Shown in pieces: positions 23,399 to 38,362 of a stretch of DNA of 64,000 nt. A program made the translations under genes and the position numbers. Within the stretch, counting starts at the first letter, position 1; each line of letters starts with the position of its first letter. Source of the DNA: Octopus sinensis. Taxonomy: Eukaryota. Location of the stretch: positions 37,076,001-37,140,000 of the forward strand of contig NC_042999.1 in assembly GCF_006345805.1 (NCBI RefSeq), read 5' to 3'. The notes below the pieces were generated by a model that saw nothing but the letters and a program-made list of their open reading frames with translations, ran no database searches and had not been told where the DNA came from.

Positions 23399-26300
23399 CT
23401 GTCTCTTGCCTTGACTTTGTGTGATAGTTGTAAGCAGGTGTCACCATCATGTAAGCAATATCCTTAGTAAAAAGAAGTAATTTCTACTCTTCTCCTCTGG
23501 AAGCCATCTACTCGCAATACCAGAGGGCGCACACTCCCCTACCCTGATGTAATCTCCAGGGATACAGGCATCCAGCAACAGGACCTCCGTAATGCCATGA
23601 TGGACCGTGAAGTCTGGCGTAGCATGGTAAATTCCATTGTCTCGACCACGGTCGAACAATGATGATGATGATATCCTTATTTCCAATCTTTCGTGAAAAC
23701 ATATCTGGGCATGCAGTAATAATACCTACTTGGAAGTAGGTAAGGGTTGGCCATGGGAAATCCACCTCAATAAATTCTGTCTGATCTACGCAGGAATGGA
23801 AAAGTGGACATTAAAATGATGATGATTCAAACACTTAAAGGGCATCAGACTCAAGTTCTGTTTTCTCTTCTCAGTTTTTAACATTGTATGAAATGCATTT
23901 TCTACTAATTACTTGCGTACTTTAACTTATGAAGTACTTTATTTTGTAGCCAAACACCTTGCTGTCCAGTTTAATGAGTGTTCAGAATACTGTTGACAAG
24001 AAGATGTCTGCTAGCCATTTCACCATGTTTACAAATGCAGAACCCATTCAGTCTCTTGATCCTATGTAAGTAGCTTTTATGTTATGACAATATGAAATGT
24101 CTTTGTGTGTATTTCACTGCTTTTGTATGTTAACCCTTTAGCGTTCAGTTCTGTACCCCACCATCTGAGCGTGATCGTTGCCAGAGCAGCCAACTGGCTT
24201 CTGTACCCGTGGCACGTACAAGGGCACCATTCGAGCATGATTGTTACTAACGTCGCTTCACTGGCACGTGTAAAAGATTCGAGCGAGGTCATTACCAGTA
24301 CCGCCTGACTGGCCCCCATGCCGGTGGCACGTAAAAAGCACCCACTACACTCTCGGAGTGGTTGGCGTTAGGAAGGGCATCCAGCTGTAGAAACTCTGCC
24401 AGATCAAGATTGGAGCCTGGTGCGGCCATCTGGCTCGCCAACCCTCAGTCAAAATCGTCCAACCCATGCTAGCATGGAAAACGGACGTTAAACGATGATG
24501 ATGATGATGATTACTCTGTCAAATATAATGCTTTTTCATTCACATTGTTTTTGAATTAATCCTGCATTATCGTGTAGTACTGAGAATTTGATGATGTGAT
24601 GGTTTATTTTGAGGATGTCATTGTAGGATATGTGTGAGAGGCCAGATCTAGATGGTTTGAACATAAAAGAATAGAAAATTTGGGCCGGATGTGGCCGGTT
24701 TAAATGCTGAAGGGTTAAGCATGTGGGTTTTGGGTTCAGTTTCACCGTGCAGCACTTTGAGCTAGTATCTTAAACTATAACTCCAGGTTGATCAATACTT
24801 TGGAAGTGAATTAAGCAAATGGAAACTGTGTGGAAGCCTGTCATATATGTATATGTGAGTGTGTTTTTGTTTGTCCTTCTTTTCCCACCACTTGACAACC
24901 ATTGTTGGTTTATGCCCTTGTAATTTAGCCAGTCAGTAAAAGATAGTGATAGAATAAGTACCAGAGTTGAAATAAGTACTGGGGTCAATTTGTTCATTTA
25001 AACCCTACAAGCCCATGCCCCAGCATGGTAGTGTGGCAACAATCCAGTGACTAAAACAAATTAACAGTTGAATAAAAAAAACAGAAAAGTACCTTAAATC
25101 CTCGTGTATAATCCGCATTTCCCCCCCAAAATTTAAAGGTCAAAATCCCTAGTGCGTACTATATACGAGGTTAAAAATGAAAAATGTTTTCTGAGCAGTG
25201 TCCGAGTCTCTATTTGCTGTCCGGCAATGTTTATTCAGATGTATTTTGTGATGTCGGGCGCGAAAATACATTAAGCTAAGCCTGAAAGCAATGAAGTCAT
25301 AAAAGAATCATCCATAACTTGCAGTAAGCAACATTTATTAAACGTTATTACTGTTATTTCTTTATTTTCTGCAAACAAAATGCACAAAAAAAGCTACACG
25401 TTTGCATTTTGTTATATATGCAATAATAATAAAGCATGTTACCATATACATTTTTACAAACCAAGGACGTTATATAGACCTCCTTGACTCAAGTTAGAGA
25501 AGGGGTGTGTATTATACACTAGGTTTAGGTTTTTCAGAAGTACAGCCCCCTAAAAATCCCCTGTATATTATACTCCAGGGCGGACTATACTCGAAGATTT
25601 ACGGTATAGGTGAATTTATAGTATAGAAAATTTAGATGTTTATTATGTTTCAAATTGTTGGATGATCTTTCTCTTATTAACTGTACAGTTCCACAGCCCT
25701 GTTTACTTACAGGTATCCCCTGCATTATGGAAACATGTTTCTGAAAATATTGCTGTGGTGTGGAGTTCTGTAATGTTGAATTCCATGCATATGCATGGCT
25801 GTGTGGTTAAGAAACTCTCCAAACATGTGGTCTTAGGTTCAGTCCTACTACATAGCACTTGGGAAAGTGTCTTCTACAATAGTCTTGAGTTGGCCAAAGC
25901 CTTTTGAGTGAATTTGGTAGATGGGCTAGTAATGATAAAAATGCCTGTCGCGTGTGGATGTGTATTTGCGTGTGTTTAGGTTTACACTTGTCTAGACATC
26001 ATGTGGTGGTTGTAAATGAGCATCACTGTCATATAAGTGAGGTTGTTCGCAGTCTTCTTTGAAAAACATTTCTAGCTATGGTGAACTACTACTTAGCTTG
26101 GAAACAGATGAGGATTGGCAACAGGAAGGGCATCCAGCTGTAGAATATCATACTTCATCAAATTCTGCCTAATTCATGCAAACTTAGATAAGTGGATGTT
26201 AAAAATGATGATAAAAGCCTATATGCCATTGACTTCCCTGAAGAAATACTGGCACGGGGCCAGACGAGGCTGGCAACGGCCACAATCGGATGGCACGTAA

Positions 26301-26989
26301 AATGCACCATCCGATTGTGGCCGTTGCCATCATCGTCTGGCCCCGTGCCGGTGGCACGTAAAAAGCACCATCCGATCGTGGTTGTTTGCCAACCTCGTCT
26401 GGCACCTGTGCAGGTGTTATGTAAAAAGCACCCACTACACTCACAAAGTGGTTGGCGTTAGGAAGGGCATCCAGCTGTAGAAACACTGCCAGATCAGACT
26501 GGGTCTGGTGCAGCCTTCTGGCTTCCCAGACCCCAGTTGAACCGTCCAACCCATGCCAGAATGGAAAACGGACGTTAAACGATGATGATGATGATGTTAG
26601 GGAATTCCATGCTATGGCAAGATTTTCAGCTATTCAATGCTTCTATAGCACAGTGGGTTTCAGAGTTTCATTTAGGGACTTGAAGCAATGCTTACTCATT
26701 GATGAATTAAAAAAAAATAAAAGAAGATACATTGCCATTTAATAAATACTAGTATTGTCAAGTAAATACCTAATGTATATAAAATACCAACCTTTTTTTT
26801 TTTGGTCTATTAATGTTTTATAAAAAATTTTTATGAATGCATTTTAATTCAAAAATATTTTTTTATTGGGAATTTCTTTTTAGAGATGAAAATGAATTAT
26901 CTGACGATGATGATAACGGTGAAGAGGAAAATGGTGAAAAGGCATCAGCTGGAAACAGTGAGGTAAATTACTAAGTATATATTGCTCAG

Positions 26990-27037
<48 letters not shown>

Positions 27038-28230
27038 CACACACACACACAACTAAATATATATATAGTAGGTCAGATGTTGACTTAAGTATTTGTTTTT
27101 GTCATATATGTATGTAGAAATGAATATAAAGTTTTTTAATTGGCAGAAAAGTTACAAAAATGATTCAAGGGCTGAGAGTTTCATGCATGACACTTATCAA
27201 GCTCTAGTAAGAATTTGATAAGTGCCATGCATGAAACTTGTAGTTTTGTAGGTTTTCTGCCAATTAAAATATGGGTCTGTGTATATGTGTGAGGTGTGTG
27301 CATGTGGGGGGTTTATGTTCTATTGCTACTGTTTGTTCTTCCTGACCTATATATAAATATATAAGCTTGGCTGTTATGGTTGAGAAGTGTGCTTCCTAAC
27401 CATGTAGTTTTGGGTTCAGTCCCACTGGTAGTCACCTCCATTCAAAATGGGATTACCAACGTTTTTAGGTGAATACTTGAAGAATTGTGGAAATTCATTC
27501 CACAAAATGCACTGCCAGTCTGGGAATTGAAACCCTGATCTTGTGATCATGAATGCAACACCCTAACCACTAGGCCATACACCTGAGATATATGAAGCAA
27601 AACTGAGCTTAAAAGAAATAACTCAGAGTGGCCAGTGGCATGTAACTGAACAACATAAACAAATACAAGTATATGGAAAATCAAATAACATAGATTGTTG
27701 ATTTATTAATATTATCCCTACCTCTAGAGGCTGTATCATAATTTCCAAATAGTAGTTAAGACCAGTTCCATATGAGAAGTCTTGAAATAGTCTTAAGTCT
27801 CATGCATTTCCCAAAGTTGACATGCCATTAAGGAAAATGGCTCAGAAGGGAATAACTTATTGAAAAAATAAAATAGTTATTTGCTTTCTTTATTACAATT
27901 ATCTTTAGGGATAGTGCTTATGTGTAGTTTCTCTAGCATGAAGTAAATAAGAGATAAGATAACTTACAGATATAAACCACTGTCTTCTGTGTTTGTTACT
28001 GACTGATAACTAACTACTTGCATAGTAACAAACACTTGGTTGTCTGCTTTTTATATGCCTCACTGCACAGTATCAACATCTAATTTAATGCATGTGTGAG
28101 TATGTAGTTAAGAAGCTTGTTTCCCAATCATGTGGTCTCCGGTTCAGTCCCACTGTGTGGCACCTTATATTCTGGGCTGTCCAAAGTTTTGTGAGTGAAT
28201 TTTGTAGATGGAAACAGAAAGAAGCCTGTC

Positions 28231-28261
<31 letters not shown>

Positions 28262-31200
28262 ATCCAAACAAGAAAACACAGCAACGCGAGGACGTGGAAC
28301 AATTAAAGTATTATTTGACGCTCAGGAAAGAAGGGAAGGAGGGTATATATATATATATATATATTGGCTCCCGTGTTGGTGACACATAAAAAGCACCATT
28401 CAAGCGTGATCATTGCCAGCGTTGCCTTACCAGCACATGTGCTGGTGGCACATGAAAAACAACATTTGAGCATGGTCATTGCCAGTGCCGCCGGACTGGC
28501 TCCCGTGCAGGTAGCATGTAAAAACACCTTTGAGCGAGGTTGTTGCCAGAACTACTTGTCTGGCCCTTGTGCCGGTGGCACATAAAAAGCACTCACTACA
28601 CTCTTGGAATAGTTGGCATTAGGAAGGGCATCCAGCTGTAGAAGCTTTGCCAGATCAGATTGAGCCTGGTGCAGCCTCTGGCTCTCCAGATCTCAGTCAA
28701 ACCGTCCAACACATGCCAGCATGGAAAGCAGACGTTAAACGACAATGAAGATGATGATGATGATATATATATATATATATGTGTGTGTGTGTCTGCATAC
28801 ATGCATGCACATATGTATACACATATATACATATATATACATACAAACATACACATGTATACATACTTTTATATATATATATATATACACACACACACAT
28901 ACATGTGTGTATTTGCATGTACTCTTGTCTTGACATCATGTGATGGTTGTAAATGAGCATCACTGTCATACAAGCAGTATTGTTCATTTCCAGTCTTCTT
29001 TGTAAAACATGTCCGGCCTTGGGAAAATATTACTTTGCTAGGGAATAGGTGAGAGTTGGCACCAGGAAAGGTGTCTGGCTGTAGAAAATCTGCTCCAACA
29101 AATTCTGTCTGACCCATGCAAGCATGGAAAAGTGATAATGATGATGTTCTCTGGTTGATGAAATAGATTTATTTTCAAACTTACATAAGCGAAGGAGTGG
29201 CTGTGTGGTAAGTAGCTTGCTTACGAACTACATAGTTCCAGGTTCAGTCCCACTGCGTGGCACCTTGGGCAAGTGTCTTCTACTATAGCCTTGGGCCGAC
29301 CAAAGCCTTGTGAGTGGATTTGGTAGATGTAAGCTGCAAGAAGCCTGTCGTATATATGTATGTGTATATATATATATGTATGTGTGTGTGTTAATATGTT
29401 TGTGTGTCTGTGTTTGTCCCCCCCAACATCACTTGACAACCGATGCTGGTGTGTTTGCGTCCCCATAACTTAAGCAGTTTGACAAAAGAGACCGATGTGA
29501 TAAGTACCAGGCTTCCAAAGAATAAGTCCTGGGGGTCGATTTGCTCAACTAAAGGCAGTGCTCCAGCATGGCCACAGTCAAATGACTGAAACAAGTAAAA
29601 GAGTAAACTTAAGTATCTAGAAATTTGCTTGCATGGGTCAGATAGAATTTGTTGGGGCAGATTTTCTACAGCCGGACACCTTTCCTGTTGCCAACCCTCA
29701 CCTTTTCCCTAGCAAGATGATAGTCATGCAGATAAAATATATTAGATATCAAAAATATCAACAACAAATTTATTCTTATGTTGCTTTAGAAATGTTTAAT
29801 TAGTCCTGATATTTTGAGTAAAAAATCATTTGTTCAGATCTTTAAAGAATTGGAATGTGATATATATTTATAGATCTCATTACAGCCATGTATCTCCTCT
29901 ACAGTAGACACATGTTTGTCATCCCTCTATCATACTTTAACCTTTCATCACCTGACATAAAGTCATCTCTCTCAATATTATACCTATTTCTTTACTACCC
30001 ACAAGGGTAGTAAAGAGAGGACAAACGGATTAAGTCGATTATATCGACCCCAGTGCGTAACTGGTACTTATTTAATCGATCCAGAAAAGATGAAAGGCAA
30101 AGTCGACCTCGGCGGAATTTGAATTCAGAACTTAACGGCAGACGAAATACCACAAAGCATTTCACCCGGCGTGCTAACGTTTCTGCCAGCTCACCGCCTT
30201 CTCTCTCAATATTATACCTCCTTGACTGTGGTTCTTTTCTTGTTAGTTATTTGGTGACCTCACTAATGTTGGTGCCTTGTAAAAAAGCACCCACTATACT
30301 CTGTAAAAGGGTTGGTGTTACAAGAGGCATCTAGCTGTAGAAGCAGACATTGTGGCTTGGTGCAGTCCTCAGGTTCACCAGCTTCTCTTAAAATGTCCAG
30401 CTCATGCCAGCCTGTAAAATGGACATTTGATGATGATCAATATGTCTATTTTGTTTGCTGGCGTTTGTGTGTTTCTAGTTGTTGGTAATGTGTTCACATT
30501 TTTTTTGTCTAAATATTTGTATTTCTGATACATTTTTATAGGAAGACACTGATTCAGAAACTGAAGAACCCGCAGCAAAGAAAGCAAAGGTAAGGATGTC
30601 TCTGAAGTTATTTCTTTCCACCTCCTCCAATGCCACCTCCCCTCTCAAAAGAGTTTTTTTGTTTGTTTTGCAAGTACTTGGTGACCCTGTCATTGCAAGC
30701 GCCACTTAAAAGCATCCAGTCCACACTGTAAAGTGGTTGGTGTTTGGAAAGGCATCCAGCTGTAAAAACCTTGCCAAAACTGATCTCACCTGTGCTTGTG
30801 CCACGTAAAAAGCACTGAGTTCATTCTGCTATGTGGTTGGTGTTAGGAAGGGCATCCAGCTGTAAAAATCCTGCCAAAACAGTTACAGAAGTCTGGTGCA
30901 GGCTTCTGCCTGGTCAGCTCTTGTAAAAACCGTCCCACCCATGCCAGCATGGAAGGCAGATGTTAAACGATGAATGATGATGATTGTACTTATGATATAG
31001 GTGCAAGCATAGTTGTCTGGATATGGAATTCACTTCTTACAGGGGTTTCGAATTCCATTTCACTGTCTGGTCCGTTGAGCAAGAGACTTCTACTATTGCC
31101 TTGAGCTGATCAATGGTGTGTGAGTGAAATTGGTTGACAGAAATTCTACAGAAGTTCAGAAAATGAATATAAAAGGATTATTATGAGGGTTATAATGTAT

Positions 31201-32489
31201 TTAGGTGTAGGTATGGCTGTATAATTAAGGAGTTTAACTTTGCAACCATGAGAATTGGGGTTCAGTCCTGCTCTATGGCATCTGTGAGCAAATGTTTTCT
31301 ATTTTAGCTTGATCTAACTAATAACTTGTGAAGGAATTTGGTAGATATAAACTTTAAGAATCATCATCATTGAAGCTCCGGTGTCTGGCGACGGACTTGG
31401 TAAGCACCCACAAAGTTATCAACCACCTCACCAACAACAACACTGAACACCTTTTTGATCTCCATGTGTCTAACACACGTGGACATGCCTACAAAGTCAG
31501 GAAACAACACAGCTCCCATGACTTTCGGAAACATTTTTTCATGCTCAGAGTTGCTGAAGCATGGAATACAACTGCCTGCATCAGTTGTTGACTGCCATGA
31601 CACTGCATCCTTTAAGGCCCTCATGCTTTCCGAAATCTGCCGAAACTACACCTGATTATATATACACTTTAGATGAGTTGTAGTGCACCTGAGCACTGTA
31701 CACAATTATTATTATTATTATCATCAGTATTTAACATCATTTTTCCATGCTGACATGGGTTGGATGTTCGGAAGGAGCTGGCAAGCCAGAGGACTGCATT
31801 TGGCTTCACTGTCTGTTTTGGCATGGTTTTTATGACTGGATCACCCTCCTAATGCCAACCACCTTACAGAGTAGACTTAGTGCTTTTTATGTGGCAACAG
31901 CACTGATGAGTTCTGTTTTGGCATAGTTTTTACAGTTTGATACCCTTCCTAATGTAAAACCACTTTACAGAGTGGTCTGGGTGCTTTTTATGTGGCACCA
32001 GCACTGACAAGGTCTGCTTCAGATGGTTTTTATAGCTGAACGCCCTTCCAAAACACTGGCCACTTCACACTGTAACCTTCATATATAAGTGTGTGTGTTC
32101 TTGCCTATGATGTTTATGCACTGATTGTAAAAGAAGTTACCATTTATACAAAAAATAGTGTCTTTTGTCTGCAATGTTCTGTGAAAACATGGGAAATGTC
32201 ACCTTGCTTGGAGCAGGTGAATGTTTGGTGACAGGAGGTGCATCTGACGAAAGAAAATCTGCCTTATGTCTTCCTTGACTCATTTAAGCCTAGAAAAGTG
32301 GACATTAAAATGATTATGTGTTTGTGGTTGTTTACTTTCTGTTTGTTTCCATGACACCGTTTGAGTGATGGATGACATCTTACATTATAAAAAAAGACAA
32401 CGGCCTAAGGTGCCACACAGTGGAACTGATCTTAAAACTATTTGGGAAGGGAGATTTTTACCACATGACCATGTCTGCTCTTATATATA

Positions 32490-32536
<47 letters not shown>

Positions 32537-35500
32537 TACACACACATATCTGTAACTAATTGATAGTTAAACAGTATTATTGTTATTGATAATATATATT
32601 TATTGCAAATATACAAATGGGATATTTATCTAATTTCATTTCATTTTAATTTGATAATTATGTTCATTTTGAAAATTCGTATTCCATTTCATTATTGAAA
32701 TTTGGATGAAGTAAAATTATAATTATTGTAACAGGCACAATAATTATAATTTTGTACATTTAACGGCAAAAATATGTTTCTAACACTACCTGTTATATGA
32801 TAGGTAAGACTCTATTTCATTATTGTTAACATGGCTAAACTATTTATATTTTATTTTAGATAACTAAATCTGCAAAAGTACCTCGAGAGGCTGGTGCAGT
32901 GCCATCTGGTTCTTCATCATCTGATGAGGAAGATGAAGCTGAGGATGATGAAGAGAGTGATGATGATGATGATGATGATGAAGAGAGTGATGATGATGAT
33001 GATGATGATAACTCTCAAGAAAGGGGTGTTGAAGAGTTAAGCTTTGATGATAGTCAAGAAAAGGGTGAGCAGTTGTTTCTGTTTTCTTTTTGAAAGATTG
33101 GTGACTTTATAATTTGTTTTGTGTGTGTGTGTGTGTATGTACAAGCATTATCATGTGATTAGGTAAGTCACACGGCAACAACGTGATTTCACATTTAACC
33201 CTTTAGCATTCAAACCGGCCATATCTGGCCAAAATATTTAACCTGTTATATATTGAAACTGACCAGATCTCACCTTTCATCTCAGCCCAACCATGTCATT
33301 CTAAAACTAAAAAATCACATCACTGAAATCTCTAAACTACAAGATAATGCATGATTGATTCAAACCATTTTAAATAAACAAACATCACATTTGACAGAAT
33401 AATCTGAAGACTAAAGGGTTAATCCTATTGCATGGGCAAGTGCCTTCCATTGTAGCATTGCATTAACCAATATTTTGCAAGTGAGATTTAAGAGATGGAA
33501 ACTGAGGAAGCTTTTTGTGTCTGTACGTTTATGTTGTGAATCGGTGCATCAAGTTATGTTACTTTACATTAAAATGTTGAGACTTAGTTGTTCTATAAAT
33601 GGAGACACATGAAATAAATACCAGAATGAAACAAAATAATGGGGTTAATATGACTGACCAAAATGAATGACAGTTCACTGTATTCCTGTGTGTTGTAAGA
33701 GGTGACTAAAAAGATTGATGTTAAAAGCATTTGGCTGTGAAAACTGCTTCAAAAATGTTCTATCCAACTATGTAAGCATTGAAAAGCAGATTTAAGAGCA
33801 GTGTTGATGGTATGTTTTATATGTACATGAATAAACTGTCACTTACTTAATATAAAAAACAAACTTTTAAATGATGTATCTGTAGAGTTTTTCCTATTGT
33901 ATATAAACAAAATCTGTGAATAATGATTGTTTAAAACTTTAATCCATTGCCTGTCCTATGTATTGTATGTGATACACAGGACATATTTCCCTGGTACCCA
34001 TGCATCATATAATACACATTCCCAATTTCTTTCAACTAACAGAGTAATTTGGCATCGGTCATGACTAGGATTTCACTTGGCTTGAGAAGGCCTGTCAAGC
34101 CAAGTGAAATCAGAGTCATGACTGATGCCAGTGTTGCATAACTGGCACTTGTGCTAGTGGCACATAAAAAGCATTGTTCGAATGTTGGGCCTCTCGGAGG
34201 CAGTGGCAAGTGACCAAGACCTTTGGCGTTATACTCTGCTTGAGAAGACCTGTCAAGCCAAGTGAGATTGTAGTCATGGCCAATGCCAGTGTTCCATAAC
34301 TGGCACCTGTGCCGGTGGCATGGAAAACAAGCATGGGTATTTAAGACAAACTTATGAAAATGCTTTGGACATCATCATCATCGTTATCTTTTGACGTTCG
34401 TTTTCCATGCTAGCATGGCTTGGATGGTTCGACTGGAGTTTGGGAAGCCAGGAGGCTGCACCAGGTTCCAGTCTGATCCAGGAATGTTTCTACAGCTGGA
34501 TGCCCTTCCTAATGCCAACCACTCCATGACTGTAGTGGGTGCTTTTTATGTGCCACCGGCACAGGGGCCAGAGGAGGCTGGCAACGGCCATGATCGATTG
34601 GTGCTTTTTACATGCCACCGGCACGGAAGCCAGTCAAGGCGGCGCTGGCATTGGCCACGTTTGGATGGTGCTTTTTACATGCCACTGGCACGGGTATCAC
34701 AACTACAATTTCCATTTGATATTCATTTTGATGTTGATGTACTTGACTCAATAGATCTCAAGCGCAGCAGGTCACCCTATGATCCAAGGTACTTTTGAAT
34801 AGGCTGGGGCTGCTAATATGAAACTGGTATAGGATACAGCCGTGAACTCACTTTATTTGCTGGGTCTTTGCAGTCACAGCAAATTTCCAGAGGTCTCGGT
34901 CTTTCGTCATTGCCTCTGTGAGGCCCAACCTTTGAAGGTCATGCTTGACCACCTCATCCCATGTCTTCCTGGGTCTGCCTCTACTCCGGATTCCTTCAAC
35001 TGTTTGGGACTGGCACTTCTTCACACATCTCTCCTCATCCATCCGCAGTACATGACCATACCAGCACAAACGTCTCTCTTGCATGCCACATCCTATGCTT
35101 CTTATGTCTAACATTTCTCTCAGGGTTAATAACCATACATTCATATAGTTTGGTCTAATACTTTGTTCTATGATAAAAGATACTCTTGACATAGAATTTG
35201 AACCAGTAATATGGAAGTCTAGATCTATAAATTGCTTGTCTATTCATTAGACTTCCTGTTAAACAGTTTCAGTCATAGATAACCTTTTGAAAAGAACATA
35301 ATTCTTCAAACTTTGGTTGATTACTGGTGACAGTTTTTCTTTTATTTGTCAATATATTTAGTTTCCATAAAACTTGTTCATTTATAATTTTTACAGCTTT
35401 TTCTTCTTACATTCTCATAGTTTTAGTTTGATTATTTATTTGTTAAATTGACAGACCTGGTTAGTAGACTAAAATTAAACAGCTTTAACTACTATATTCT

Positions 35501-38091
35501 CAAATCACTGTATGATAGAGTCCCTCATATTATGAAGTCATTATCTGGTAGGGTCTTCCATATTAACTATTTTGTTACCATATTTCTTTTGAGATACACT
35601 GCTTTTGTTTGAATCAATTAAAAAAAACTTGGTTCAATTAATTTAAAAAAATTTTTGAAATAAAAATTTATGAAAATACTTTGTCATTATTAATCTGGTG
35701 TTCAGAACATAGATTTATATCACTTTTAAACTTGAAGTTTGTATCATAGAATCAGGACAGTTTGGACAGGTTGGTATCAAAGGCTTAAATCATTCTTATA
35801 TTTATATTTGTAAGGAAACATTATAGTGGAATATGGTGTTGTTTAATAAAATTATTTCTGAAATCATATAATTAATTTTTTTGAGTATTATTTAGAATTT
35901 TATTATATTTGAATAATATAATGTTCTAAGTTTTAAATTTTAACAGGACATCTTCATTGGAAATCAGACTTATTAAAAAAGGCTTCCATCTCCTTCAAGC
36001 AAAGACAGTCAGAGAAAAAAAACTTCCGAAAACTGATATATGGTGATGGTAAGTATTACTACCATTTGGTAGTACTTTTGTGTTTTTGCTTTATTCCGTT
36101 TCTAAACCCATTTAATATGTTTATAGGAAAATAAAATTTAGATGTTTTGGTAAGGCAGTGATAATTCTTTAATGCTGTAATATGAAATGGGATTAAAATT
36201 GGTTGTTTTTAGTTTTTCTTTGAAGAATTAATTTCTCTGAAATTATATTGTTCTCATAAGAATGTTTAACCATTTTGTTGCCATATTTCTGGGTTCAATT
36301 AATTTTTAAACTAATGAAAACTGGCCATATCTGGCTCAAATATTCTACCTGTCTTATGCTCAAACTGGGCAGATCCTGTCTCTCATACCCATCCTTCAAG
36401 ATCATATTAAAGATACACAATCACATCATTGAGATCTTGAAACTGAGATGATGCATGATAAATTTGAAACAATGTAAATAAATATAGGCACAGGAGTGGC
36501 TGTGTGGTAAGTAGCTTGCTTACCAACCACACAGTTCCGGGTTCAGTCCCACTGCATGGCACCTTGGGCAAGTGTCTTCTACTATAGCCTTGGGCTGACC
36601 AAAGCCTTGTGAGTGGATTTGGTAGACAGAAACTGAAAGAAGCCCGTCGTATATATATGTGTGTGTTTGTCTCCCCAACATCACTTGACAACCGATGCTG
36701 GTGTGTTTACGTCACCGTTACTTAGCGGTTCGGCAAAAGAGACCGATAGGATAAGTACTAGGCTTACAAAGAATAAGTCCCGGGGTCGATTTGCTCGACT
36801 AAAAGGCGGTGCTCCAGCATGGCCGCAGTCAAATGACTGAAACAAGTAAAAGAGAGAGAGAAATAAGCATTACATTTGACAGACTAATCTGAATGCTAAA
36901 GGATTAACACAGGAAATTTGTATAATAGAACCAGGGGCAGTTTCATGCCAGTTGGTATCAAAAGGGTTAAACATATTTCAGCTTAAATCAAATAGACCCA
37001 TGATCAAAGGCATTCCAGTCATAACTATTTTGTATTTTTCTTCTGACATAGTAAACCTAGGAATACATTAACCAATGTATTCTTTTTTTTGAACACAGTA
37101 GAATACAGTGGCATTTGTATGAGATTTGAGATAGGCTGTTATTTCTAACAGATTGACTGACTGTTTACAGTCTCCTTTATTGCCACATGGACTTTGTAGG
37201 GCCTCCTCATTGGGTTCTCTCTTTAGAATATAATTAGTATTTCATGTCTTTCGTGTATTTTTCAATATTTTCTTATTAGAATGTATTCAATTGTAATATA
37301 AATATTCTAAGAAATCATCTGAGCGTGGCCGTCTGCCAGCCTCGTCTGACACCTGTGTCGGTGGCACATAAAAAACCACCATCCGAGCGTGGCCGTTCGC
37401 CAGCCTTGTCTGGCACCTGTGTCGGTGGCACATAATATCACCCACTACACTCTCGGAGTGGTTGGCATTAGGAAGGGCATCCAGCTGTAGAAACACTGCC
37501 AGATCTGACCGGCCTGGTGCAGCCTTCGGGCTCCCCAGACCCCAGTTGAACCGTCCAACCCGTGCTAGCATGGAAAGCGGACGTTAAACGATGATGATGA
37601 TGAAGAATATATTTGTTAATGACTGTATAACAAAGGGAACAAAGAAGAAAATAAATGAATAAAAACATCTTATTGAACTCATTCCTTTTTTACTATAGAC
37701 GAGGAAGAATCACCTGAAGACGAAAACAGTGATGAGGAAAAGATTGGTGGTCTCTTCAAGCTAATAAACAAGAAAACTGCTGAAAACCAATCTCGTAAGA
37801 ACTGCCATAACACAGACTCCTCCAAGTTGGTTGCGGACAAGTTACAGGATTGGAGTCTTAATGAGGTTATTATAGCTTTTTATACATGTATATATTATTA
37901 AGTTATTATAATATCGCTGTACTCATTGCAAGTATGGGTGTGTGGTTAAGAAGTTCACTTCCCAATCATGTAGTTTCAGGTTCAGTCCCACTGTGTGGCA
38001 CATGAAGTTTTTTTTCTTTTATAGTCCTGGGCTGACCAAAGCCTTGTAAGTGGACTTGTTGGATAGAAACTGAAAAAACCTGTAGTGTGTG

Positions 38092-38177
<86 letters not shown>

Positions 38178-38319
38178 AAAAAATACAACTGGGACAAGAA
38201 TGCAAAACATTTAGAAGACAATACAAAAGACACGGACGGGACATTCGAAGCCTTCAATCTTCAGTCAAGAACCGGATCATCCTCGCAATTTTGGCTGATT
38301 AATTTTGAGATTATATATA

Positions 38320-38362
<43 letters not shown>

